From NCBI GenBank assembly GCA_039818205.1, contig JBCBUK010000001.1, positions 564,460 through 628,459 of the forward strand: a stretch of DNA of 64,000 nt, given 5' to 3'. Shown here piece by piece: positions 11,832 through 21,487 of the stretch. Numbering within the stretch: the stretch's first letter is position 1; every line of letters starts with the position of its first letter. Origin of the DNA: Verrucomicrobiota bacterium (GTDB taxonomy: Bacteria > Verrucomicrobiota > Verrucomicrobiia > Opitutales > Cerasicoccaceae). Both the position numbers and the translations under genes were made by a program. Under the pieces are notes generated by a model. That model was not told where the DNA came from, searched no databases, and saw only the letters and a program-made list of their open reading frames with translations.

Positions 11832-14240
11832 CTAAGGATATATCGAGAGAGCCCGCACCTCGCAGGGCTGCAGCAGAATCGAATCAACCGCTAATTTCCG
11901 GCCCGAGAACAAGTCGATTCCTTCAACTAAACCCGAACGTCGATTCGAAAGATTCACAATCCGCGGCTCTTTGCTCAAATTGTTTAACAAGACGACTATG
12001 TGAGACGTCTCGGGCAACCAGACCTGCTCGATCATCACACCGTCCCGGTTGCGACCATGTTCATCAACTATCGTGGATGCCAACGGTGTTCTTGACGCCA
12101 GTAGGGCGAACCGCTCGCGAAAAACCTTCTGGTAGTGTTCCCGATCACCGCTCGCGACGGTATTCTCAGTAGACAGCTCAAGGCGATCAGCTCGCGGGAA
12201 TCCCAATTCTGTTTTCTGGAAGTTATCGCCGACTTGAACGATATTTCCGCCAACCCGTTTGAACGATGTCAAGGCATCCAGACTGCGGTCGCTGATAAAC
12301 TTGGTTGGCGTCACCAAGACTACCTGCTCCGCCGAATCCAACGCCCCTACCCGATTGGGCGTGGTAAAGCCAACTGGCAAATTCAACAACTTGAGCGACT
12401 CGTAAACGAGAACCATATTGTCGATATATGTGGGGTCTTGGATCGCGGATTCTTCGACGTAATAGATCAGGACGTGCCGCTGCCGCTGGGAAAGCTCCAC
12501 GAGCCACTCAGCGTTCGCATTCAACTCTTTCATCGTGCGGCCATAGGCATCGAGCGCGACAGGCTGCGTTGACAACTCACCAATGTGATCGGCTCGATCC
12601 TGCAAGGAACCATCAGCATTTCGTCCCCACAACCAGGGTTTAATCATGCTCATCCCTTCTGCAAAGGCCAACCAGAGCGCAGAGCGCACGTATTCGCGGC
12701 TTAGATTGAAATCGCGCCAGTTGACGCTGCTAAAGCCGTGCCATTCAGAATCGTAGAACGGGCGCTCCGGATAGAGCGATCTCGCAAAATCCAGAAACAT
12801 CGATTGCTCAACCCAATCGTAGGCATAGCGCTCCCGCCATCCCGCATTAGAGCCAAGGCCATCTTCTTGCCTACCGGCAAAAATCGCGGATGCCGGTGCC
12901 GTTCGCAGATCCGCACCAATCACCTCTTGAAGGTCCATTAGATATTCGACGTCGATGCCGCCTTCGCGGGTGTTTCGGGCGATGGAATAGCCAAGCATTT
13001 TGATGGTCACTGGCGCCTGAACTCCGTCGTGAGACTGCACCATGTCTTTCAAAAATGAGAACCACTCATTGACGCGCGACTGATTGAATCGACACCAGTC
13101 GTACCACTGAGGACCACCCCGCAGCGCCGTCTCATCGACTTGGCGGACGCGGTGATCATCACCGTCGAATGACGATTCGCCTAACGCAAATATTTCAACA
13201 TCTTCGAAACCCGCAAAGTTTGAGTCGTAGATTCTGTTCAGCTCGTCGATCGACTGGTATTTTTCCGCCAACCAGTCATGGTATTTAGCCACGGTATAAT
13301 CCGACAGGCCATTGTTCGCAAGCCACCCGCCACGTGTCGTGGAAAAGTGCGGCTCGTTGGCCAACAGATGAATCTGGGGCCGATCGCCAAATCCGCGACT
13401 TACGGCTGGCAATATCAATTTGGTAAGCTGGCCCATCCATTCACGGATTAGCGGGCTATCGATATCATACTGAGTAAAGCGGCGCCCACCCTGCTGGATT
13501 TCGGGATGCCCTTCGACCATCCAACCGGAGGGATTGTGCCCCAGAAACAAGACGGCTGGAGAGAGGTTCCGTTCCGCTTGAGCCGCCGCTCGTTTCGCGA
13601 CCGATGCCACGGATCTCGGATGCACCTCACCGGATGGCTCCAGCATCGACAACGCATAGTAGACCTGGCCAATGCGGCCATACGATTCCGCGAAGTTATC
13701 ACTATCCGCCATCCACACCAGCGAACTTGGAAACACTGGGCGACCATTCAGCTCGAAGTAGCCTGGACCTATTGCGATCTTACCTTTCGAAAGATCCGGC
13801 GGTTCCGGCAACACTACCTCTTTAGCAAGTTGCTGCTGTAGCTGGTGGACGGCAAAACCGGCCACTTCAAGACAGGCACGCAGCTCGTTACTGGCCAACG
13901 ACTCGGCCTCTGACGCCGCTTGATCACGGAGATGCCAATACCCACTGAAGATCTGAGTGGTCCGTTCAACGTTGGCGACATCTTGCTGAGCAGCCTGACG
14001 AAAAACATCGATCGTATCAGCTGATACCCGGGCGTAGTCCGTGGTCACCCCACGTTTTTCACCTTCAGCAATGAGCTCCGCCAAGACACGTGACTCTTGG
14101 TCAAGCGAGTCATTAAGCATTCGCCACTCGGCATCACTATCTCGAGCGGCAAACGCATCAATTCCAACGCACACCAACGAAGCGATCATGCACCCCAAGC
14201 ACCTCTTCCAGAAACCATTCATCACCGAGTATTTGCCCAC
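11832..14240 (-). CDS. Clan GH-A glycoside hydrolase, GH42 beta-galactosidase-like (possibly GH167-like)
   Basis: Signal peptide; LANEPH acid/base motif, WL..KY.SIDELN..Y, WYDWCRF, DSEWH nucleophile; C-terminal trimerisation-like region. Confidence 0.75.
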   Translation of the reverse strand: MGKYSVMNGFWKRCLGCMIASLVCVGIDAFAARDSDAEWRMLNDSLDQESRVLAELIAEGEKRGVTTDYARVSADTIDVFRQAAQQDVANVERTTQIFSGYWHLRDQAASEAESLASNELRACLEVAGFAVHQLQQQLAKEVVLPEPPDLSKGKIAIGPGYFELNGRPVFPSSLVWMADSDNFAESYGRIGQVYYALSMLEPSGEVHPRSVASVAKRAAAQAERNLSPAVLFLGHNPSGWMVEGHPEIQQGGRRFTQYDIDSPLIREWMGQLTKLILPAVSRGFGDRPQIHLLANEPHFSTTRGGWLANNGLSDYTVAKYHDWLAEKYQSIDELNRIYDSNFAGFEDVEIFALGESSFDGDDHRVRQVDETALRGGPQWYDWCRFNQSRVNEWFSFLKDMVQSHDGVQAPVTIKMLGYSIARNTREGGIDVEYLMDLQEVIGADLRTAPASAIFAGRQEDGLGSNAGWRERYAYDWVEQSMFLDFARSLYPERPFYDSEWHGFSSVNWRDFNLSREYVRSALWLAFAEGMSMIKPWLWGRNADGSLQDRADHIGELSTQPVALDAYGRTMKELNANAEWLVELSQRQRHVLIYYVEESAIQDPTYIDNMVLVYESLKLLNLPVGFTTPNRVGALDSAEQVVLVTPTKFISDRSLDALTSFKRVGGNIVQVGDNFQKTELGFPRADRLELSTENTVASGDREHYQKVFRERFALLASRTPLASTIVDEHGRNRDGVMIEQVWLPETSHIVVLLNNLSKEPRIVNLSNRRSGLVEGIDLFSGRKLAVDSILLQPCEVRALSIYP

Positions 14241-14339
14241 TCATAGTAACCCGATCACGATCTTTCAAGGCCACTCTACAAATACCCGGCGCTGTGCATC
14301 GACTCGTCGACCATGTTTCCCTACTAGAATCTATCGAGC

Positions 14340-14708
14340 TCAAGCGATTGCCCGACGATAGAGGCGGAACTCAATCGCATTCTCGATTTCAAGCTTCAGA
14401 GCCTTCATCGAAAACGGTTTGGCGATCTCGATGCGAGTGGACGATTCATTGCTGCTTTGGTAATCGACCATATGGATCACAGGAATGTCTTCGCGGTGCA
14501 TTGCCGCTAACCTCTTTTCAAAATCGCAGTCCTCTCGAGTAGCCAGCGCTCCATTCAACAAAATCAAATCGATAGATGCTGATTCAATAATGTCTAATGC
14601 GACCTCACAGCTGGTCGCTTCGACATCGGAGTAACCTTGGTAGGAAATGAAATTTTGTAGCGTCCACATCGAGCGCCCAGCGTCCTCAACAATTAAGATT
14701 TTGATCAT
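14340..14708 (-). CDS. Single-domain pseudo-receiver (CheY-like) protein
   Basis: KILIVED...DLILLN...KPF: receiver fold with Asn at the phospho-Asp position; ATG at 14708 is 6 nt after TATAAT. Confidence 0.75.
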   Translation of the reverse strand: MIKILIVEDAGRSMWTLQNFISYQGYSDVEATSCEVALDIIESASIDLILLNGALATREDCDFEKRLAAMHREDIPVIHMVDYQSSNESSTRIEIAKPFSMKALKLEIENAIEFRLYRRAIA

Positions 14709-14714
14709 GGAGCC

Positions 14715-14746
14715 ATTATATGACTGCAACATTAATACTTAGTTAA
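14715..14746 (-). promoter_or_regulatory. -10 TATAAT (14720-14715) plus TTAA-N7-TTAA box (14732-14746)
   Basis: Read directly; the same box occurs at 17202-17216. Confidence 0.5.
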
Positions 14747-14798
14747 TGGAGACCAGAATCCGTTTTAAAAAAGTTGTAAAATCCCACCAATCGCGCAG

Positions 14799-16454
14799 CT
14801 AGCCCCTAATACGACGGGGCAACCTAATGGCGAAACAGGTTTCTTGGCAGGGAATACTCGTAACTGAAATCGTCCCACGATGGGCTTCAACGATCGCTCT
14901 TGATATGCAAAGCCCAAGCCCGACATTAAGCGTATGACGACTCTTTGTTCGCGATAAGTTTTCTTGGAAGAAACGATCGAAGAGCTTCTCAATACTATCA
15001 GGTTGGATGCCTTTGCCATTATCGATCACCTCAATAACGACCGCATCCGGTTCCATCTTCGAACGGATAATCAGGTCAATCGAAACATTGTTATGCTGCA
15101 GCGCATTGTTTACCAAGTTCGTGATAACCTGCTCTAGCCGGAACGGGTCGCAATAGATGTTCCCCAGGCAATGTTCCGTTGTGATTGTGGAACCTTCGCG
15201 ATTCACAATCGGACGAAGGTCCTCAATCAAACTTTCAACCAAAAGGCGCACCGGAAGTTCCTCAAGTTCTAAGCTAAACCGTCCGGAGTCATAGCGCGAC
15301 AATTCAAGGAGGTCATCGGTAATGCGCTTGATTCGTTTCACCGAGCGATTACAGGTATCGAGAATCTCTTCAAACTCCATAATCGAGCGTTCCCGGGAGC
15401 GCCCGAGTTCAATCTGCGCAATGAGAGACGTTAACGGCGTACGTAATTCATGTGAGGCATCCGCAGTAAAGCGAACCTGTCGCTGGAAAAGATCCTCAAG
15501 CTCATCGAACGTATGATTCAGGTTGCTCGAAAGATTAGCGAGTTCCGTCGTGCTTCGACCCACTGACTTTGGAATGCGCTCGTCGATCTTGCCACCCGCA
15601 ATCGCCTCGGAGGTTTCCGCGATCAGACCAAGTGGCGCCAATGACCGGGACACAAACAGACTGCCAATAGCCACGCCAAATACGAAGATCAACGAATTCA
15701 CTCCGAGAATCTGCCATTTCAAAACGCCCAGTTGTCGATTCAACTTCTCGAGGTCAAAACCGACAATGATCCGAGCATGGGGCACACTGTGAAGAATCTC
15801 GCGGAATCGATGGTCGCGAATACGTTTCCAATATCCCTCGTGCAACGCGGGCACTACCAGATCCGGCGCGTTATCAGATTTATAAATCATTTCGTTTCCT
15901 TGCGGCGTCCAAACCAAGGCGTAAAACCCTATATCCTCATAACGTTCTTCAACCACGGCAAATGGTGCTGGCCGATCATCGGAAAAATTGTTTCGGCCAC
16001 GGGGCCTCATTGCGTCGACGCTGCGGACCCACCCCTCGTCGCTATTTGGATCGGTATATCCAGCCCGCAAAACGTCATTCATGGATTCGCGGTCAAACGG
16101 GCCTCCGCTGCCACTAGGAGGGCCTGGCTGCCCTCCACTACCCGGGCCAGACCTGCCACTATAATCACTGCCAGGCCGCGATCCACTCGACCCCGGTGGG
16201 CGACGGTCCTCCCGATCCCCTGGCCGCGGCCTTCGCTGGTTGTTGCTAGCGCGATTCAGCATGGGATTCATTGTCCCATTCATAACCGCCGCAGCATGGA
16301 CTAAGGGGTGAATTTGCTGATCGAGCAGGAAGTCGTATTCGCTTAACCGATGGGCTCGCTCATTGTAGAAAAAACCAACTCCCAATACGGCCAGCACGAT
16401 CGCAAGGATAATGGCATGCCAGACCTGGATCTTCCACTTCAGTGACATTTTCAT
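14799..16454 (-). CDS. Sensor histidine kinase (HAMP-HisKA-HATPase)
   Basis: Two TMs, HAMP, FTADASHELRTPL, NLVNNALQH, DNGKGI, GLGLCI; Gly/Ser/Pro/Arg-rich periplasmic insert. Confidence 0.95.
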   Translation of the reverse strand: MKMSLKWKIQVWHAIILAIVLAVLGVGFFYNERAHRLSEYDFLLDQQIHPLVHAAAVMNGTMNPMLNRASNNQRRPRPGDREDRRPPGSSGSRPGSDYSGRSGPGSGGQPGPPSGSGGPFDRESMNDVLRAGYTDPNSDEGWVRSVDAMRPRGRNNFSDDRPAPFAVVEERYEDIGFYALVWTPQGNEMIYKSDNAPDLVVPALHEGYWKRIRDHRFREILHSVPHARIIVGFDLEKLNRQLGVLKWQILGVNSLIFVFGVAIGSLFVSRSLAPLGLIAETSEAIAGGKIDERIPKSVGRSTTELANLSSNLNHTFDELEDLFQRQVRFTADASHELRTPLTSLIAQIELGRSRERSIMEFEEILDTCNRSVKRIKRITDDLLELSRYDSGRFSLELEELPVRLLVESLIEDLRPIVNREGSTITTEHCLGNIYCDPFRLEQVITNLVNNALQHNNVSIDLIIRSKMEPDAVVIEVIDNGKGIQPDSIEKLFDRFFQENLSRTKSRHTLNVGLGLCISRAIVEAHRGTISVTSIPCQETCFAIRLPRRIRG

Positions 16455-16491
16455 CAGGGCTAGCTACGATAATTGTATTCGTTCCGCGGAA

Positions 16492-17148
16492 TCAGGACTT
16501 GGGGATAATATATCCGAGGCCGCGTCGGTTCTGGAGAAAGTCTTTCCCGAGCTTCTTTCTTATATTGTAAATCTGAACATCCAGCACGTTGGAAAATCCC
16601 TCTTCATCTTCAATGAGTAGCGCTTCACACAGCGTCGGGCGATCGATTACCGTACCGGCATGCCTCGCTAAATACTCGACTATTTTGTATTGAGCAGCAG
16701 TCAGGTTCACTGGGTTTCCGTCGAGCTGAATCGCACTGCTCGCAGTATCAATTGTCACTCGGCCCAGTTGAATAACGTTCGTGGCCAATCCAGCCGATCG
16801 CCGCACCAATGCCCGGACTCGGGCAACTAGCTCGAGCGTTTCGTAGGGTTTGACCAGATAGTCATCTGCCCCAGTATCCAATCCTCGAATGCGGTCATCA
16901 AGATCGCCTCGTGCTGTCAGCATCAGGACTGGGGTCGACTTTTCTCCTCGCAACCGCGAAAGCAACTCCCAGCCATCCAAACCGGGCAACATTACATCGA
17001 GAATGACCGCATCAAAATCCCAACATCGCGCCATGTACAGGCCTTCGGTACCGTTATCAGACGACTCAACCGTACAACCCTGCTCGGCCAAGGCCTGCGT
17101 CAAACTGCGACGAACGTCGTCATCATCTTCAATGACCAGAATTTTCAC
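16492..17148 (-). CDS. OmpR/PhoB-family response regulator
   Basis: KILVIEDD, ILDVMLPGLDG, LTAR, GADDYLVKP, winged-helix RGLGY; GTG start at 17148 preferred. Confidence 0.95.
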   Translation of the reverse strand: MKILVIEDDDDVRRSLTQALAEQGCTVESSDNGTEGLYMARCWDFDAVILDVMLPGLDGWELLSRLRGEKSTPVLMLTARGDLDDRIRGLDTGADDYLVKPYETLELVARVRALVRRSAGLATNVIQLGRVTIDTASSAIQLDGNPVNLTAAQYKIVEYLARHAGTVIDRPTLCEALLIEDEEGFSNVLDVQIYNIRKKLGKDFLQNRRGLGYIIPKS

Positions 17149-17172
17149 TACGTCTAATAGAAGCACCGAAAA

Positions 17173-17216
17173 ATTATAGCAGATCAATCATGAATCTTAA
17201 CTTAATGAAAAGTTAA
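17173..17216 (-). promoter_or_regulatory. -10 TATAAT (17178-17173) plus TTAA-N7-TTAA box (17202-17216); probable autoregulatory site
   Basis: Read directly; 11-bp periodic half-sites typical of OmpR-family boxes. Confidence 0.5.
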
Positions 17217-17568
17217 CGGCGAGTAAAGCAGTCTCCGATCTCCCTACCAGCGAACGATTCATCATTCCACAAATCACTATAGCACATGAGGTTAAGCATC
17301 CAGAAAAATCAATTATTTATACCTCACCAAAGCGCAAAAATTTAAAAAAAGTGCGAAGATTATCGCTTCGTTTAGCCCACATTCACTTTCGGACTGTATA
17401 ATGCCTCCCAACAATACAAAACGGACCGAGGGCACGTTTGCCCGAACGGGACTAGGCTACGCTAACGATGCTGCGACGACGGCTACTTCACCCTTGTCAT
17501 TAGCGCCGCCTCAACCGTATCCTTTGGTATCATTAAATATTTTTACACTTCTATCAATTTATTAGCAA

Positions 17569-18114
17569 ATGAAAATTGAGACATATCGATTAACCCTAAG
17601 ACCGTTCAGGCCCGACGAGTTTGGCTGGTTCCACGCTGTGCTAAGCGATCCGCGAGCAATGGCGTTTTCTTACTACGGCCCGCTTCAGCCAGAGTTCAGC
17701 GCGCAGCTCTTTCAACAGTTTCAGGTCCTGCAGCAGGAGAAAGGGTTCTCTCCTTGGGCCGTCTGCAACGGCGTGACTGGCCAATTCATTGGACTCTGCG
17801 GCATACAGGAAATCGAACTCAACGGAACGCCTAAGCATGAGGTAACCTTCCGAATTCTTCCCGAACATTGGGGTAACGGTTATGGTGCCGAAGCGGCTGG
17901 CGCCGCCTATCGTTTTGCTTTCGAGGGCCTCTTTGCGGAGGAAGTCGTTTCGGTGATTAATCCACAAAACAGCCACGCAATTGCCGTTGCGACAGCGAAT
18001 GGGCTCAAAGCTTCTTCCGAAACCACGGTCGATGGCCACTCCATGACGGTTTACTCCCAATCAATCAGCGATTATTTTCAGTTTCACGGACTCCTCGGCG
18101 ACTTGGCGGTCTAG
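17569..18114 (+). CDS. GNAT N-acetyltransferase (RimJ/RimL family)
   Basis: IETYRLTLRPF, FIGLCGI, PEHWGNGYGAEAA, INPQN. Confidence 0.9.
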   Translation: MKIETYRLTLRPFRPDEFGWFHAVLSDPRAMAFSYYGPLQPEFSAQLFQQFQVLQQEKGFSPWAVCNGVTGQFIGLCGIQEIELNGTPKHEVTFRILPEHWGNGYGAEAAGAAYRFAFEGLFAEEVVSVINPQNSHAIAVATANGLKASSETTVDGHSMTVYSQSISDYFQFHGLLGDLAV

Positions 18115-18140
18115 CGGGATCTGGTAAGCACTAATATGCG

Positions 18141-18173
18141 GGAGGCGGCGGTCCTCAGATGACTGCCGTCTCC
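18141..18173. terminator. GC-rich 13-bp hairpin between convergent genes
   Basis: GGAGGCGGCGGTC / GACTGCCGTCTCC; no U-tract. Confidence 0.55.
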
Positions 18174-18244
18174 TCGTCCAACAATCCATCTTAGTGGCAG
18201 AACCGAGAAAACACTCAAGTGCTTACAAAGGAAATTTGGACCCG

Positions 18245-21133
18245 CTACGGAAGCAGATCCATCATCATCTCTTTCTCGACCAGTGTGCGGTAGAATCGGG
18301 AAGTGTCCGAAAGCGCAGCGGGCGTCTCACTAGGCATCCCCTCACCTGCTTGCAAATCGGTTAGATCAAACCAGTTGATCAGGTCCACTGAGTATTGAAA
18401 CTTCCACGCACGGCCACGGGGCGGAACCCAGCTTAACCGTGATTCGTCAGGCAGTATGACAATACCAAGTTCCTCCACTCGATCGTATTCCAGTGGGTTC
18501 GTGCCGGCCAGGAATTCCTCCCAGTTGTTTCGCGAATCCAGATCGGGGTTTCCTTGCTTACCATTCGAATCGATCGGCAAACCAAACCGTTTTTCCCAGC
18601 TGTCGGGTAGATCATCAGCATCGGCGTCTAGTGTTAGATCTCCAACCAGACCGATGCCCAAATCGTGGTAAAGCGTTCCTTCAATCAACCGCGCATCGTC
18701 CGGCGGGCAGTACTGAGCCTTGTCGCCCTGAGTCCAGACTAGCAGCTCCCAGGTATCATCGCCATCCAATGGCGGCTCATGGTTACTGTTCGTTTGTAGG
18801 CAACGGTAAAAGCGTGTGCGCTTGTCCGCGGTATGCTGAATCACCTGGCCAGGCTCGTAGACCACCGCCTCACCCTTGTTTGTTTGGTAATTGGGAAAAC
18901 TGGAGGCCTCGCCAATGGTTGCCGTCCACCGGGTCCAATTCAAAATATCTATTGGTCCATCATCTCCCAACAGGTTGATGAAGCGAGGTTCTAACACCTG
19001 TTTTTCAACCGTCCCATTCTCGACAATTGTGCTATTTCCGCTGGCCCACCGCTGGATTGCCCGATCACGGCTGTCGTCGTGAACGTTGTCGGTTACGGTT
19101 ACCGTCGTACCATTCGAGGCCATTAGAATACAGTTCCGCGTGTCCCAGGTAGCGGTATACACGTCGTCGTAGTGGAAATCAAAACCGCCCCAGAAATTGT
19201 TGCGCCAGATCCACGGCGTCGTGTTATCCGTGTTGCGAAATTGATAGGCCCCCGCAATTCCCCGGCAACCCCAGTTCACGTTGTTCTCGATAATGAAGGG
19301 CAAACCATTCGGCGTAATACTCGCCTTGGGTGTTACGGAGACGTTATAAAATTTCTCGCCGGCCCCCATCAGGATGTTGTTTTGGAAAATCACGTTCCCT
19401 TGGCGTAACCCGATCTGCGCACAATTGTCTTGGTAACGCTGAAACGGAGAGAGCCAGTCCATTGCTCCCCAAAAAACACTGTTGCGGACAACACAGTTAT
19501 TGCCCAGCTGGCCCACCTGAATCGCCTCGGTTCCCGTTCGGAGAATCAAGACGTTCTCAATGAGCAAATGGTTAAATTGATGTTGGGGATCCAGCTGTGT
19601 GCTTCCCAGATAGATTCCTTCCGAACCGGTATCGTGGATATACAAGTGATGCAAATAGACATCGTCCATGTCCATCGAATCATTGTTGTCTCGTTTCAGT
19701 AACATGCCGGCGAACCCCCCATCCGAAGCCTCGACGTGATCGATTTCCCAACCGGTCGCGGTGCCGTTCACATAGATCAGGCTGTTGCTCTCTCCTTCCC
19801 ACTCATTGCAGATCCAAAAACCATAACGCCCATTTGAAAAACCAAACTGCACATCGCCCTCCGGCCCCACGCATCCAGGGAAGTCAACGTGGCCAAATCC
19901 ATTTGCAGGATCATACAATCCGGTCAGGCGCCAATAACTACCGTTGGTCAGGTTGATCCGATTTGCGTAGACCTGCCCTAAGAAATTTGTGATCGGAACA
20001 CGATCAGTCGGACCAGTGCCATTGACCCCGCTTAGGTTCAGGCTAATGTACTCAAAGATGCCTGCCTTGATTAAGACTTTATTGGGTGGAGCGATCGAGA
20101 TCTCGCCCGCCCCATAACTGATCGAGGGACCAGCCGTGCTCGTTGCGTTCCAGATGACAAAATCGCCTTCGTTGATCTCCGGATATGCTGCGGCAACAGC
20201 CGCATCAGCAACACCGTTGGTATCGAATGCCCCCGTCTGGTCCTGAATAGAAATCTCAAGTTCAAATGGCGTGACCCCATCCTCCGAATCAACAATCTCA
20301 AAGCTCAATAGATAGCGGGACTGGGTTTCGAAGTCATAGGAACGTGTGGTCCATAGCTCCATGCCCTCCAAACGAAAGGTGGCGTTGTCACCGTCGGATG
20401 GATCAAAGCGCAAGGTGTAGGTTTCTCCCGGCTCACCTCCGGCAAAGCTAATCGTTCCCACCCGTTGCTGCCAATCGGAGTTTTCCTGAATCGTACTATT
20501 GTCGATTTCAAGCCGAGGAACATTCGCATACTCTGGCGGGACCAGGCCATCATACAAGTAGCCAACGATGGCATACTCCTGGGCTCGATCCGCATAGGTC
20601 GACGTGGACTTAAGTATCAGATAACGCCGCGCTGGGCGCACACCACCGACTTCGTTGATTCGTTTGTCGCGGAACCAGGATTCAACCCCCAAATGTGGCA
20701 CTCCTTGCCCACTGTTAAAGTTAAGGCGGGTTTCGATCACACCGTCGTCGTTGGTCGTGTCGGTATCGTCATCCCACCACATCTCGGCATATCCTGGATG
20801 ACTGCCTCCTGAAAACGAACGATAGCGCGTCCACGTTTCCATAATATGGACTTCATCGTAATCCGGCCCAAAATCGATATAACCGAAGCGTTCCGTATAT
20901 GGCGGAGCACCGGCAGCTCCAGCCGGTCCGATAACCGCAGAGTTGACCGTATCCCAGCTTGACGAACCATCAAATGCGCCCTGCATCGGGAAATAGGCAC
21001 TGCCAGATGCGATACCCGCATCATTCGGAACAATAACCTGCCACTCACTCGGCGGCGGATTTGCCGACGCCAACGGCACGCCAAAGAGCCATCCGACTCC
21101 CAAAATCACTGTAGCACGGAACAAGTAACACAT
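18245..21133 (-). CDS. Large secreted multidomain protein: N-terminal unknown domain, cadherin-like, right-handed beta-helix, CBM5/12-like, Ca-binding DxDxDG repeat, verrucomicrobial-type C-terminal domain
   Basis: Signal peptide; ENS..VGTI...YDFETQSRY (cadherin); HHLYIHDTGSEGIYLG (beta-helix); YEPGQVI..FYRCLQ..P..WE; DADADDLPDSWE..GTNP; SW..QYSVDLINW..RFYR. Confidence 0.8.
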   Translation of the reverse strand: MCYLFRATVILGVGWLFGVPLASANPPPSEWQVIVPNDAGIASGSAYFPMQGAFDGSSSWDTVNSAVIGPAGAAGAPPYTERFGYIDFGPDYDEVHIMETWTRYRSFSGGSHPGYAEMWWDDDTDTTNDDGVIETRLNFNSGQGVPHLGVESWFRDKRINEVGGVRPARRYLILKSTSTYADRAQEYAIVGYLYDGLVPPEYANVPRLEIDNSTIQENSDWQQRVGTISFAGGEPGETYTLRFDPSDGDNATFRLEGMELWTTRSYDFETQSRYLLSFEIVDSEDGVTPFELEISIQDQTGAFDTNGVADAAVAAAYPEINEGDFVIWNATSTAGPSISYGAGEISIAPPNKVLIKAGIFEYISLNLSGVNGTGPTDRVPITNFLGQVYANRINLTNGSYWRLTGLYDPANGFGHVDFPGCVGPEGDVQFGFSNGRYGFWICNEWEGESNSLIYVNGTATGWEIDHVEASDGGFAGMLLKRDNNDSMDMDDVYLHHLYIHDTGSEGIYLGSTQLDPQHQFNHLLIENVLILRTGTEAIQVGQLGNNCVVRNSVFWGAMDWLSPFQRYQDNCAQIGLRQGNVIFQNNILMGAGEKFYNVSVTPKASITPNGLPFIIENNVNWGCRGIAGAYQFRNTDNTTPWIWRNNFWGGFDFHYDDVYTATWDTRNCILMASNGTTVTVTDNVHDDSRDRAIQRWASGNSTIVENGTVEKQVLEPRFINLLGDDGPIDILNWTRWTATIGEASSFPNYQTNKGEAVVYEPGQVIQHTADKRTRFYRCLQTNSNHEPPLDGDDTWELLVWTQGDKAQYCPPDDARLIEGTLYHDLGIGLVGDLTLDADADDLPDSWEKRFGLPIDSNGKQGNPDLDSRNNWEEFLAGTNPLEYDRVEELGIVILPDESRLSWVPPRGRAWKFQYSVDLINWFDLTDLQAGEGMPSETPAALSDTSRFYRTLVEKEMMMDLLP

Positions 21134-21487
21134 TACTTAATAGACTATCACAACATTCCCTATTCGCCTATCCGGTAAAGGCCCGTATCCACTCATCAAA
21201 ATGCCTGAGCCCGCATAAACACTGGGCTAATCGCCCCAAGCATCGGAATTTTTCACAGATCATTTACGCACAATGCTTGTTGCTACGGCCCAATGTTTCA
21301 CCCCAGCTTTTCAGAAATAAGCAAAGCCAATTTAAGGTCGTTTCTTCCAAAGGCGGCAAGCATCGGAATCAACAAACGTTTTGGTATTCGTTTCAGCAAC
21401 AGAAGTTCCGCCAGACACAACATTGCGCGGAAAATGCATTCTTTTTCGCGTGAGGGTCTACCTTCGACCTTTTATCGCGTGTATAGT

